Assembly (NCBI GenBank): GCA_027067385.1
Contig: JAMOVV010000023.1
Coordinates: 1 to 59,683 of the forward strand
Source: Desulfarculaceae bacterium
Lineage (GTDB): Bacteria; Desulfobacterota; Desulfarculia; Desulfarculales; Desulfarculaceae
DNA length: 59,683 nucleotides
Direction: 5' to 3'
A model generated the notes under the pieces. That model was not told the DNA's origin and did no database searches. It worked only from the letters and a program-made list of their open reading frames with translations. The position numbers were made by a program, and so were the translations under genes. This document shows positions 50,341-59,460 of the stretch, piece by piece. Position 1 is the stretch's first letter, and the number at the start of each line of letters is the position of its first letter.

Positions 50341-51978
50341 TTGAGTTACCTGGTACTGGCCCGCAAGCACCGGCCCGCCACCTTTGACCAAGTAGTGGGG
50401 CAGGAGCATGTCACCCGCACCCTGGCCGGGGCCCTGGCCAGCGGACGCCTGGCCCACGCCTTCATGTTCACCGGACCGCGCGGGGTGGGCAAAACCTCGG
50501 TGGCCCGCATCCTGGCCAAGGCGCTCAACTGCGACGCCGGACCCACGGCCGAGCCCTGCGGCCAGTGCTCCCACTGCGCCGAGATCGACGCCGGCAACGC
50601 CCTGGACGTGCAGGAGATCGACGCCGCCTCCAACTCCAGCGTGGAAGACGTGCGCGAACTGCGCGAGGTGATCCGCTACCGCCCCCAGGCGGCGCGCTAC
50701 CGGGTCACCATCCTCGACGAGGTGCACATGCTCTCCAAGGCGGCCTTCAACGCCCTGCTCAAGACCCTGGAAGAGCCGCCCGAACACGCCGTCTTCATCC
50801 TGGCCACCACCGACGTGCACAAGGTGCCGCTCACCATCCTCTCCCGCTGCCAGCGCTACGACTTCCGCCGCCTGCCGCCCAAGCTCCTGGCCGAGCACCT
50901 GGATAACGTGCTGCGCTCCGAGGGCTGCCAACTGGCCCCCGAGAGCCTGGCTCTCATGGCCCGGGAGGCCGACGGCTCGGTGCGCGACGCCCTGAGCCTG
51001 TTGGACCAGGTGTTGAGCCTCGGCCGCCAGGAACTGGGCCACGCCGAGGTGGTGGAGCTGCTGGGCCTGGTGGACCGCGAGCTGGTGGCCGCCTGCGCCG
51101 ACGCGGTGCTGGCCGGCGACCCGGCCCGGGTATTGGATATCGTCAGCCAGGTCTACGGGGCCGGCGGCGAGATGCAGGCCTTTTACGGGGCCCTGCAAGA
51201 GGAACTGCGCAACCTGGCCGCCGCCAAGGCCGCGCCCCAGGGCATGGACCTGTTCGGCCTCACCGACGAAGAAGTGGCCTCCCTGCGCGCCCGGGGCCAG
51301 GACTTCAGCCCCGAGACCCTGCACGAGGTCTTCGATATCCTGGCCCGGGCCGAAGAGCTGTTCCGGCGGGCAGCCCAGCCGCGCCTGGTGCTGGAGATGA
51401 CCCTGCTGCGCCTCACCCAGGTCAAACCGGTGCTGAGCCTGGACCAGATAATCCAGGGCCTGGAAACGGCCGGCGGCGCCAACCCGGCGGCCGCTACCCC
51501 CGCCGCCCCCCACGCCGCGGCTGCGACCAACCGTAAGGCCGCGCCTGCCAAGCATACGGCTGCCGCACCCGCGGCCCCGCCGCCGTCCGGCGGCGGTCGG
51601 CCGAGCTCGGCCGAAAAAGCCCTCAAGGAGTTGGTGGACTACGCCAGCCGCCAGGAACCCATGATGTCCTCGCAGCTCGGCCGGGGCCGGGCCGAGTGGA
51701 ACGGTGACGTGTTGGTGATCACCCTGCCCCATGGGCCCCGGAACGGCCAATTGTGCAAGACCGACAACCAGGCCCGGCTGGGCCGCTTGGCCGCCGAGTT
51801 GTGGGGGGGCGGCTCCACGGTCCGGCTTACGGTCGCGACGCAACAGGAGGAACCCACTCCCCCGCCGGGGGCCGACGAGGCCGCCCGGGCCGCCGCCTTG
51901 GCCGAGCATCCGGCGGTGGCCGAGGCCATGGACGTCTTCGAGGCCCAGGTGGTCTCGTTAAAACCAAGCAAAGAATAA
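50341..51978 (+). CDS. dnaX: DNA polymerase III subunit gamma/tau
   Basis: TTG start. MSYLVLARKHRP, GPRGVGKTS, Zn module CGQCSHCAEI, ILDEVHMLS, SRCQRYDF. Ala/Pro-rich linker. Confidence 0.9.
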   Translation: MSYLVLARKHRPATFDQVVGQEHVTRTLAGALASGRLAHAFMFTGPRGVGKTSVARILAKALNCDAGPTAEPCGQCSHCAEIDAGNALDVQEIDAASNSSVEDVRELREVIRYRPQAARYRVTILDEVHMLSKAAFNALLKTLEEPPEHAVFILATTDVHKVPLTILSRCQRYDFRRLPPKLLAEHLDNVLRSEGCQLAPESLALMAREADGSVRDALSLLDQVLSLGRQELGHAEVVELLGLVDRELVAACADAVLAGDPARVLDIVSQVYGAGGEMQAFYGALQEELRNLAAAKAAPQGMDLFGLTDEEVASLRARGQDFSPETLHEVFDILARAEELFRRAAQPRLVLEMTLLRLTQVKPVLSLDQIIQGLETAGGANPAAATPAAPHAAAATNRKAAPAKHTAAAPAAPPPSGGGRPSSAEKALKELVDYASRQEPMMSSQLGRGRAEWNGDVLVITLPHGPRNGQLCKTDNQARLGRLAAELWGGGSTVRLTVATQQEEPTPPPGADEAARAAALAEHPAVAEAMDVFEAQVVSLKPSKE

Positions 51979-52003
51979 GCCTATAACTACGGAGAATATC
52001 CAG

Positions 52004-52321
52004 ATGAAACCCAAGGGTATGGGCAACCTGATGAAACAGGCCCAAAAGATGCAGCAGCAGATGCTCAAGATGCAGGAGGAGCTGGCCACCAGAACGGTTA
52101 GCGCCGCGGCCGGCGGCGGCATGGTGGAGGCCACGGTCAACGGCCAGGGCGAACTGGTGGGCCTGCGCTTGGAGCCGGAAGTGGTCGATCCCGACGACGT
52201 TGAAATGCTCTGCGACCTGGTGGTGGCCGCGGTGGGCGAGGCCCAGCGCCGCGCTCAGGAGATGACCCAGCAGGAGATGGCCAAGCTCACCGGCGGCATG
52301 AACATCCCCGGTATGTTTTAG
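52004..52321 (+). CDS. ybaB: Nucleoid-associated protein YbaB/EbfC
   Basis: 105 aa with NLMKQAQKMQQQMLKMQEEL. Conserved dnaX-ybaB-recR order. Confidence 0.9.
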   Translation: MKPKGMGNLMKQAQKMQQQMLKMQEELATRTVSAAAGGGMVEATVNGQGELVGLRLEPEVVDPDDVEMLCDLVVAAVGEAQRRAQEMTQQEMAKLTGGMNIPGMF

Positions 52322-52326
52322 GCGCC

Positions 52327-52932
52327 ATGGCCCTGTATCCTAAAGCCCTGCAAGAGCTCATCGCCGCGCTGAGCCGGCTGCCCGGCATCGGCCGCAAGAC
52401 GGCCGAGCGCCTGTCCCTGCACCTGGTGCGGGCCCCGGAGTCCGAGGCCCGCCGCTTGTCCCAGGCCCTGGCGCGCCTGCGCGACCAGGTGCGCACTTGC
52501 CAGGTCTGCCGTAACCTGGCCGACAGCGACCCCTGCCCCATATGCAGCGACCCGGCCCGCGACAGCGCCACCCTCTGCGTGGTGGAGACCCCGGCCGACC
52601 TGTCGGCCCTGGAAGCGGCCGGAACCTACCAAGGACGCTATTTCGTGCTGGCCGGCGCCCTGGACCCCCTGGAAGGCGTGGGGCCCGGTGAGCTCAACCT
52701 CCAGGACCTCGTCGGCCGGGTCAAAGACGGCGGGGTGACCGAGGTGATCATCGCCACCAACCCCACCGTGGAAGGCGAAGCCACCGCCGACCTCGTCCGC
52801 CGTAGCCTGCAACCCTCCGGCGTCACCATCACCCGCCTGGGCTACGGAATGCCCGTGGGCGGCGACCTAAAATACATGGACGGCGTAACCCTGGGCCGCT
52901 CGCTGGAGGCCAGGAAGAAGATGGAGGAATAG
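52327..52932 (+). CDS. recR: Recombination protein RecR
   Basis: LSRLPGIGRKTAERL (HhH), zinc finger CQVCRNL...CPIC, and Toprim VTEVIIATNPTVEGEATA. Confidence 0.95.
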   Translation: MALYPKALQELIAALSRLPGIGRKTAERLSLHLVRAPESEARRLSQALARLRDQVRTCQVCRNLADSDPCPICSDPARDSATLCVVETPADLSALEAAGTYQGRYFVLAGALDPLEGVGPGELNLQDLVGRVKDGGVTEVIIATNPTVEGEATADLVRRSLQPSGVTITRLGYGMPVGGDLKYMDGVTLGRSLEARKKMEE

Positions 52933-52940
52933 GGAGAGGA

Positions 52941-52990
52941 GCTTGGGGGAAACCCTTTCTTTTAGGAAAAAGAAAGGGTTTCCCCCAAGC
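52941..52990. repeat. Perfect 23-bp-stem palindrome (left copy of a repeated hairpin)
   Basis: gcttgggggaaaccctttctttt-agga-aaaagaaagggtttcccccaagc. Confidence 0.9.
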
Positions 52991-53010
52991 CCCCTTCCCA
53001 AAGAAAACCT

Positions 53011-53047
53011 GCGGGATATTGCTACGCAATATCCCGCCCGGGTTTTT
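53011..53047 (+). terminator. Intrinsic-terminator-like hairpin for the recR operon
   Basis: gcgggatattgc-tac-gcaatatcccgc forms a 12-bp stem, followed by ccgggTTTTT. Confidence 0.6.
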
Positions 53048-53080
53048 GGGAATTGGTTTGGGAGTTCCTATTACAGGAAC

Positions 53081-53180
53081 CTTTCCAATAATGGGAAATC
53101 AACAATTAAAATTATCTTTTTGGATTTTTAAATATAATCTTTTTCTAATCTATATTATCTTTTTTTAATCCCTCATTTAC
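53081..53180. other. AT-rich core with three phased A[TA]TATCTTTTT tracts
   Basis: attatcttttt at 53111, ataatcttttt at 53134, attatcttttttt at 53154 (spacing 23 and 20 nt). This contrasts sharply with the GC-rich flanks. Confidence 0.7.
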
Positions 53181-53228
53181 TACCAAACCCAAACATTGCC
53201 ATCTCACCGGGGTGCCGTGGACATACTT

Positions 53229-53280
53229 GGTTATGCGCCGGGGGGAGTTGACTCCAGTCAAGTCCTCCCGGCGCATAACC
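53229..53280. repeat. Long imperfect palindrome
   Basis: ggttatgcgccggg-g-gga-g-ttgact-cc-agtcaa-g-tcc-t-cccggcgcataacc. About 23 paired positions. Confidence 0.8.
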
Positions 53281-53302
53281 AGCCTTTTTCTTTGGGAGGG
53301 GT

Positions 53303-53345
53303 CTGGGGAACCCTTTCTTTTTGCAAAAAAGAAAGGGTTCCCCAG
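53303..53345. repeat. Perfect 20-bp-stem palindrome (right copy of the repeated hairpin)
   Basis: ctggggaaccctttcttttt-gca-aaaaagaaagggttccccag. Near-identical to the core of the hairpin at 52941-52990. Confidence 0.9.
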
Positions 53346-53377
53346 CTCTCCCCCACCTCACCCACCTCCCCCAGCTC

Positions 53378-54283
53378 TCACTCATCTTCCAAACTTCGCC
53401 TTACCAACAGTTGGCAGCACTGCATGATGCTTTCGGGCGAGTAGACCAGCAGTTCGTCTTGGTAGTAGTGGTCGAAGATTTGTTGGGCGATGGCCTGTTG
53501 GGTACAGCCGCGCCGGGTTTCGGTGTGGATAAAGGCGTGTTCGCGCTCCAGGTCTTGGACCACGCTTTGCAGGTAGGCGTTCACCGCCGGTCCGCTGAAC
53601 CAGTCTTGGTGGCCGCCGGCGAGCACCTCGGGTTTCAGCTCGGCGATTGATTCCAGGGTATCGCGGTAGGCTGCGTAGGAGACGAAGTACAGGGGGAAGC
53701 CGGGCGGGCGGCGGGTTACGAACCCGGCCGAGTCCGAGGCCAGCACCGCGGCGAGTTGGGGCACCAGGGCGGTGAGCCCGCCGGGCACGTGTCCTTCGGC
53801 GGCCAGCAGGCGCAGGGTGAGGTCGCCGAGGTCCAGCTCAAAGCCGGGCTCCACGACCTGCCACGGCTGGGGCAGCAGCTCCCCGGGGCGGGCGTCGGTA
53901 TCGGCCGGGTCGCCGGCGCGGGCCAGGGCGCGGTTGCTGTAGGCGTCTTCGGTGGCAAAGTCATCGGCGGTGGAGGGCTTGGCCAGGTATTTTTGGCTGG
54001 CGGCGGTGAGCAGCAGGGTGGCCTGGGGCAGCCCGGCCAGGAGCCCGGCCTGGCCGGTGGCGTGGTCGGCGTGGGCGTGGCTGAGCACCACCCAGCGCAC
54101 TTCCTCGCGGTCCAGGCCCAGGGAATCAAGTTGGGCCAGGATGGTGGCCACGGTGCCGGAGACGCCCACCTCGAAGAGGCAGGCGCCCTGGCGGCCGCGC
54201 ACCAGGAAGGCGGCGATGTGGTAGGTGCCCAGCCGCCACAGGCCGGGCGCCAGCTTTGCCGGCAGGTTCATCCCACCACCCAA
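53378..54283 (-). CDS. MBL-fold metallo-hydrolase
   Basis: 301 aa with the HAHADH metal motif. Confidence 0.8.
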   Translation of the reverse strand: MGGGMNLPAKLAPGLWRLGTYHIAAFLVRGRQGACLFEVGVSGTVATILAQLDSLGLDREEVRWVVLSHAHADHATGQAGLLAGLPQATLLLTAASQKYLAKPSTADDFATEDAYSNRALARAGDPADTDARPGELLPQPWQVVEPGFELDLGDLTLRLLAAEGHVPGGLTALVPQLAAVLASDSAGFVTRRPPGFPLYFVSYAAYRDTLESIAELKPEVLAGGHQDWFSGPAVNAYLQSVVQDLEREHAFIHTETRRGCTQQAIAQQIFDHYYQDELLVYSPESIMQCCQLLVRRSLEDE

Positions 54284-55203
54284 ACCGCGTGCTCCGGCAG
54301 GCGGGCCAGGACCTTGTCGGCCACGTGACCCAGCAGGAAGGATTTGTGCTCGCCGCGCCGGCCCAGCACCACCGTACCGAACTCCCCTTTTTCGGCGTGT
54401 TCCACGATGGCCCGCACCACGCCGAGGCGTCCCTCTTCCTCCAGGGTCTCGACCTGGTCGGGGTCGATGCCGGCGTCTTGCAGCACCTTTTGGGCCCGGC
54501 CGTAGAAGTCGCCCATGCAGCGCTGTTCGCTCTCCAGGATGTGGCCCTCGATCTCCCCGGCCATCTCCTGGGAGAAGTCCAGCTCACAGTAGTTGGACCA
54601 CGAGGCCCCCACGTGCAGCAGGGTGATCTTGGTGTGGGGGTTGCCCCCGAGCATGAAGGCCATGTGATCCACCGCCTTGAGCGCGCCGTCGGAGCCGTCC
54701 ACCGGCACCAGAATCTTGGGGCTGGTGGCCGCCGTCCCGATGGCCCACACCGGTATGCGCTGCGACTGCTGCACCACCCGGTTGGCGGTGGAGCCGGTGA
54801 ATATCTCCTGGGCCTTGCTGAGGTTGCGCCGGCCCAGGGCCACCGCGTCGTAGAGCCCCTGCTCGGCCTCGAAGATGATATTACGGGTGACCTCGGAGCT
54901 GCGGGGGGTGGCCTTGGTCTCCACCGCTTCCTCGGCCATGCCGTGATCCAAGAGGCGTTGCTTGGCCTCCTCCAGCACCCGCCGGGCCTGGTCCAGGTTG
55001 GAGCGCTCCATGGTCGACACCCGGCGGTGCATGGCGGTGTCGCGTTTGGCCTCCTGGCGCATGAAGTCGGGCACCGCCTTCATCACGAAAAACAGGCAGA
55101 CGCTCAGGTCCTTGATCACCTGGTCGGCCATCATGCCCACGTAGTCCAAGGCGTGCTGGGCCGCCGGCGAGTCGTCCACCGGCAGCAGGATCTTTTTGCG
55201 CAT
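54268..55203 (-). CDS. Tandem universal stress protein (two Usp domains)
   Basis: Two copies of the G-x2-G-x9-G[ST] motif (ALGRRNLSKAQEIFTGSTANRV and VLGRRGEHKSFLLGHVADKV). 16-nt overlap with the MBL gene. Confidence 0.8.
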   Translation of the reverse strand: MRKKILLPVDDSPAAQHALDYVGMMADQVIKDLSVCLFFVMKAVPDFMRQEAKRDTAMHRRVSTMERSNLDQARRVLEEAKQRLLDHGMAEEAVETKATPRSSEVTRNIIFEAEQGLYDAVALGRRNLSKAQEIFTGSTANRVVQQSQRIPVWAIGTAATSPKILVPVDGSDGALKAVDHMAFMLGGNPHTKITLLHVGASWSNYCELDFSQEMAGEIEGHILESEQRCMGDFYGRAQKVLQDAGIDPDQVETLEEEGRLGVVRAIVEHAEKGEFGTVVLGRRGEHKSFLLGHVADKVLARLPEHAVWVVG

Positions 55204-55224
55204 GGCGTCCCCCCGTAGCTTGGG

Positions 55225-55479
55225 TTACTCCCAGGACAACAGCAAGTGGTTGAGCTTCACCTGGAGATGCCTGATCTCGGTGGCCAACACCTGCTTCTTT
55301 TGCTTTAGCTCAAATATCTCGGCGGCGAACACACCCTGGCCGGTCGTCTCGCGCTCCAGGTAGCGGCGGGCCTCGGCCTCGCACTGCTCGCGCTTCTCGG
55401 CCAACCGGGCGATCGCGGCCTCCAGCTCCTGGCGGGTCATGGCGGGCTCGCTCCCCTGGTTTTCCCGGTGGGTATCCAC
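55225..55479 (-). CDS. Small coiled-coil protein (hypothetical)
   Basis: 84-aa ORF starting 4 nt after the icmF stop. Heptad-like and charged. The alternative start at ATG 55440 (MTRQELEAAI) is also possible. Confidence 0.4.
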   Translation of the reverse strand: MDTHRENQGSEPAMTRQELEAAIARLAEKREQCEAEARRYLERETTGQGVFAAEIFELKQKKQVLATEIRHLQVKLNHLLLSWE

Positions 55480-55482
55480 GGC

Positions 55483-58400
55483 CTACATCCCCCGCCGGTA
55501 CTGGCCGCCCACCTCGTACAGGGCCCGGGTGATCTGGCCCAGGGAGCAGACCCGCACGGTATCCATGAGCTCGGCGAAGATATTGCCCTCTTGCAGGGCC
55601 ACCTGCTGCAGCTTTTGCAAGGCCGCCGGCGCGGCCTCGGCGTGGCGGGCCTGGAAGTCGGCCAGGCGCTTGAGCTGGCTTTGCTTTTCCTCTTCGGTGG
55701 CCCGGGCCAGCTCCACCTTGCCGGTGAGCCCGTCCCAGTCGGAGTTGGGGTTGAGGAAGGTATTTACCCCGATCACCGGCAGCTCGCCGGAGTGCTTTTG
55801 CATCTCGTAGTAGATGCTTTCCTCCTGGATCTTGGAGCGCTGGTAGCCGGTCTCCATGGCCCCCAGCACCCCGCCGCGGGTGGCGATGCGCCTAAACTCG
55901 GCCAACACCGCCTCCTCCACCAGGTCGGTGAGCTCCTCTACGATGAAGGCGCCCTGCAGGGGATTTTCGTTCTTGGCCAGTCCCCACTCGCGGTTGATGA
56001 TGAGCTGGATGGCCAGGGCGCGGCGCACCGACTCCTCGGTGGGGGTGGTGATGGCCTCGTCGTAGGCATTGGTGTGCAGGCTGTTGCAGTTGTCGTAGAT
56101 GGCGCACAGGGCCTGCAGGGTGGTGCGGATGTCGTTGAACTGTATCTCCTGGGAGTGCAGGCTGCGGCCCGAGGTCTGGACATGGTACTTGAGCATCTGG
56201 CTGCGGGGGCCGGCGTGGTACATCTCGCGCATGGCGATGGCCCAGATGCGGCGGGCCACCCGGCCGATTACCGTGTACTCGGGGTCCATGCCGTTGCTGA
56301 AGAAGTAGCTGAGGTTGGGGGCGAAGTCGTCCACGTTCATGCCCCGGTGCAGGTAGTACTCCACGTAGGTGAAGCCGTTGGCCAGGGTAAAGGCCAACTG
56401 GCTGATGGGGTTGGCCCCAGCCTCGGCGATATGGTAGCCGCTGATGGACACGCTGTAGAAGTTCTTCACCTGGTTCTCGATGAAGAATTGCTGGATGTCG
56501 CCCATCATGCGCAGGGAAAACTCGGTGGAAAAGATGCAGGTGTTCTGGCCCTGGTCCTCCTTGAGGATGTCGGCCTGCACCGTGCCGCGCACGTTGGAAA
56601 GCACCATGGCCCGGATGCGCTGGTATTCCTCGGGGTCGGGGTCGCGGCCGTTGTCGGCCTTGAAGCGCTCCACCTGCTGATCGATGGCGGTGTTCATGAA
56701 GAAGGCCAGCATGATGGGGGCCGGGCCGTTGATGGTCATGGAGACCGAGGTGTTGGGGTCCAGCAGATCGAAGCCGTCGTAGAGCACCTTCATGTCATCG
56801 AGGGTGCAGATGCTCACCCCGGAGTTGCCCACCTTGCCGTAGATGTCGGGGCGCTCGTCCGGGTCCCAGCCGTAGAGGGTTACCGAGTCGAAGGCGGTGG
56901 AGAGCCGGGCGGCCTTGGCGTCGGCCGAGAGCAGCTTGAAGCGCCGGTTGGTGCGGAAGGGATCGCCCTCGCCGGCGAACATACGGGTGGGGTCCTCGTC
57001 GGTGCGCTTAAAGGGAAAGACTCCGGCGGTGTAGGGAAAGTGGCCGGCCACGTTTTCGCGGCGCATCCAGCGGTAGACCTCGCCCGGGTCCTCCCAGCGC
57101 GGCAGGCAGACCTTGGGCACGTCGGTGCCCGAGAGCGAACGGGTGGTAAGCGGCACCTTGAACTCGCGGTCGCGCACCTGGTAGACGTAGTGGCTGCCGC
57201 GGTAGGCCTCTTGCATCTGGGGCCATTCGGCCAGCAGGTGGTGGGTCTCCTCGCTAAAGCCTTCCTCCAGCTTGTGCACCTCCGCCCGCAGCTTTTCCAG
57301 GGCCGAGTCCAGGCCCTGCTGCCGCCAGGCGTCCTGCAGGGCGTCGTGCACCTGCTTCATCTGCCACACCCGGCGCACCAGGGCGGCCTGGCGCTCGGTC
57401 TCGCGGTGGTAGTCGCGCACCGTGTCGGCGATCTCGGCCAGGTAGCGGGTGCGCTCCGGCGGCACCAGCACGGTGGTGTCGGTGGAGTAGTGGATGTCGC
57501 CCACGTCGCGCGGGCTGTTGAAGGTAACCCCGGTAATCTCGCGCACCGCCCGCAACAGGGCCAGGTACAGGGCGGTGGTGCCGTCGTCGTTGAACTTGCT
57601 GGCGATGGTGCCGTAGACCGGCATGGTATCGGGGTCCACGTCCCACTGCTCGCGGTTGCGCTGCATCTGTTTGGCCACGTCACGCAGGGCGTCTTTGGCC
57701 CCCTGGCGGTCGAACTTGTTGATGGCCACCAGGTCGGCGAAGTCGAGCATGTCGATCTTTTCCAACTGGCTGGCCGCGCCGAACTCGCTGGTCATGACGT
57801 AGAGGCTTACGTCCACCACGTCCACCACCGCGGCGTCGCCCTGGCCGATGCCGGCGGTTTCCACGATCACCAGGTCATAGCCGGCCGCCCGCGCCACGTT
57901 GATCACGTCGGCCAGGCCCTGGCTGATCTCCATGCCCGAGCCCCGGGTGGCCAGGGAACGCAGGTAGACCCGCTCGGAGAACATGCTGTTCATGCGGATG
58001 CGGTCGCCCAAAAGCGCCCCGCCGCTCTTGCGCCGGGTGGGGTCCACGCTGATCACCGCCACCCGCTTGTCCGGGAAGTCCTGCAAGAAGCGCAGCAGCA
58101 TCTCGTCGGTGAGCGAGGATTTGCCCGAGCCGCCGGTGCCGGTGATGCCCACCACCGGGGCCTTGTGCCGCCCGTTGACCGAGCCGATCATCCGCCGCCA
58201 GCGCTTGAGGTCCCGGCCGCCGGACAGGGCGGCCAGCTCCATGAGGGTGATGGCCCGGGCCACCACCATGGGGTTGTCCGGCTTGAGCCCGGACAGGTCG
58301 AAGTCCTGGCTGGGGTCGCCCTGGGGATAGTCCACCGTCTGCACCAGGTGGTTGATGATCCCCTGCAGGCCCATCCTGCGGCCGTCTTCCGGCGAGTAGA

Positions 58401-58764
58401 TCTTGGTCACCCCGTAGGCCTGCAACTCGGCGATCTCCTCGGGTACGATCACCCCGCCGCCGCCGCCGAAAACCTTGATATGCCCGGCCCCGTTTTCCTT
58501 GAGTAGGTCCACGGTGTACTTGAAGAACTCCATGTGGCCGCCCTGGTAGCAGGACAGGCATATGGCCTGCACGTCCTCCTGCACCGCGGCGTCGACCACC
58601 TCGGCCACCGAACGGTTGTGCCCCAGGTGGATCACCTCCACCCCGGTGGATTGCAAGATGCGGCGGATGATGTTGATGGCCGCGTCGTGGCCGTCGAAAA
58701 GGCTGGCGGCGGTTACCGCGCGCACCGTGTTGCGGGGGGTATACGGTTTGCAATCAGCGGTCAT
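55483..58764 (-). CDS. icmF: Fused isobutyryl-CoA mutase (B12-binding domain + MeaB-like GTPase + acyl-CoA mutase barrel)
   Basis: 1093 aa. N-terminal [13 protein letters not shown] (DxHxxG-type B12 loop), P-loop [13 protein letters not shown], mutase core [12 protein letters not shown] and TINGPAP. Confidence 0.9.
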   Translation of the reverse strand: MTADCKPYTPRNTVRAVTAASLFDGHDAAINIIRRILQSTGVEVIHLGHNRSVAEVVDAAVQEDVQAICLSCYQGGHMEFFKYTVDLLKENGAGHIKVFGGGGGVIVPEEIAELQAYGVTKIYSPEDGRRMGLQGIINHLVQTVDYPQGDPSQDFDLSGLKPDNPMVVARAITLMELAALSGGRDLKRWRRMIGSVNGRHKAPVVGITGTGGSGKSSLTDEMLLRFLQDFPDKRVAVISVDPTRRKSGGALLGDRIRMNSMFSERVYLRSLATRGSGMEISQGLADVINVARAAGYDLVIVETAGIGQGDAAVVDVVDVSLYVMTSEFGAASQLEKIDMLDFADLVAINKFDRQGAKDALRDVAKQMQRNREQWDVDPDTMPVYGTIASKFNDDGTTALYLALLRAVREITGVTFNSPRDVGDIHYSTDTTVLVPPERTRYLAEIADTVRDYHRETERQAALVRRVWQMKQVHDALQDAWRQQGLDSALEKLRAEVHKLEEGFSEETHHLLAEWPQMQEAYRGSHYVYQVRDREFKVPLTTRSLSGTDVPKVCLPRWEDPGEVYRWMRRENVAGHFPYTAGVFPFKRTDEDPTRMFAGEGDPFRTNRRFKLLSADAKAARLSTAFDSVTLYGWDPDERPDIYGKVGNSGVSICTLDDMKVLYDGFDLLDPNTSVSMTINGPAPIMLAFFMNTAIDQQVERFKADNGRDPDPEEYQRIRAMVLSNVRGTVQADILKEDQGQNTCIFSTEFSLRMMGDIQQFFIENQVKNFYSVSISGYHIAEAGANPISQLAFTLANGFTYVEYYLHRGMNVDDFAPNLSYFFSNGMDPEYTVIGRVARRIWAIAMREMYHAGPRSQMLKYHVQTSGRSLHSQEIQFNDIRTTLQALCAIYDNCNSLHTNAYDEAITTPTEESVRRALAIQLIINREWGLAKNENPLQGAFIVEELTDLVEEAVLAEFRRIATRGGVLGAMETGYQRSKIQEESIYYEMQKHSGELPVIGVNTFLNPNSDWDGLTGKVELARATEEEKQSQLKRLADFQARHAEAAPAALQKLQQVALQEGNIFAELMDTVRVCSLGQITRALYEVGGQYRRGM

Positions 58765-58791
58765 GGTGCATATCTCCGCGTGGCCAAAGGG

Positions 58792-59460
58792 TCAAACCAG
58801 CGCCCCCATGATGAGGTCGCTTTGTTGCCTGGCGTATTGTTCCAGGGTGAAATGGCGCGCCAGGGACCAGCGGCGAAAGGCCCACATGTGCCCCAACACC
58901 GCGATGTTGTGGGCCATGAGGGCTATCTCGCCCCGGTCCAGGGGCTTGAGGGAATAGTCCTCCACCCCGCGCTCCAGGATATCGCTGAAGATGGCGGTGA
59001 CCCGCTCCTCGTTGGCCAGCACGTAGCGCATAGACTCCGGCGGCAGGCTGGCCGTCTCCTGGTAGATGAGCAGTATGTGGTCAGCCATCTGGTCGCAGAC
59101 GTGGAAGTAAACCTCGATGGCCGCCTCCAGGGTGCGGGCCCCGTTGCCGCCGGCCATGATGCGCTGCTTGAGGCGCTTCTCCACCTCCTGGTGGATGGCG
59201 TCGCAGACCAGGTAGAGCACATCCTCCTTGGAGGCCACGTATTCATAGAGGGTGCCTATGGAGAACCCGGCGGCGCGGGCTATCTCGCGGGTAGTGGTTT
59301 TGTGAAAGCCCTTTTGGATGAACAGGGTCACCGCGGCGTCGACGATTTCGCGCCGGCGGCGGCTCACCAGTTGGTGGTCCTTCACCTCGGTGGGGATGTC
59401 GCGCGGCCCCCGGGGCTTGCGGGCCAGGGGTTGATACGCTTGTTGCACACTTCGTTTCAT
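58792..59460 (-). CDS. TetR/AcrR-family transcriptional regulator
   Basis: HTH TTREIARAAGFSIGTLYEYVASKEDVLY. 4-nt overlap with the upstream ORF. Confidence 0.85.
   Translation of the reverse strand: MKRSVQQAYQPLARKPRGPRDIPTEVKDHQLVSRRRREIVDAAVTLFIQKGFHKTTTREIARAAGFSIGTLYEYVASKEDVLYLVCDAIHQEVEKRLKQRIMAGGNGARTLEAAIEVYFHVCDQMADHILLIYQETASLPPESMRYVLANEERVTAIFSDILERGVEDYSLKPLDRGEIALMAHNIAVLGHMWAFRRWSLARHFTLEQYARQQSDLIMGALV

Noticed and set aside
51613-51619. Programmed -1 frameshift site in dnaX (tau/gamma), as in E. coli.
   Set aside because: Only GAAAAAG, read as gaa-aaa-gcc, is present. I found no A-AAA-AAG heptamer or long A-run with a downstream hairpin in the gene.
52943-53385. Small ORFs of 62 aa (52943-53131, +), 70 aa (53173-53385, -) and 71-82 aa (53196-53444, +) in the recR-MBL spacer.
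   Set aside because: They read straight through perfect palindromes (hence the recurring KKKGFP peptides) and through the AT-rich core. They have no RBS and no coding-like composition.
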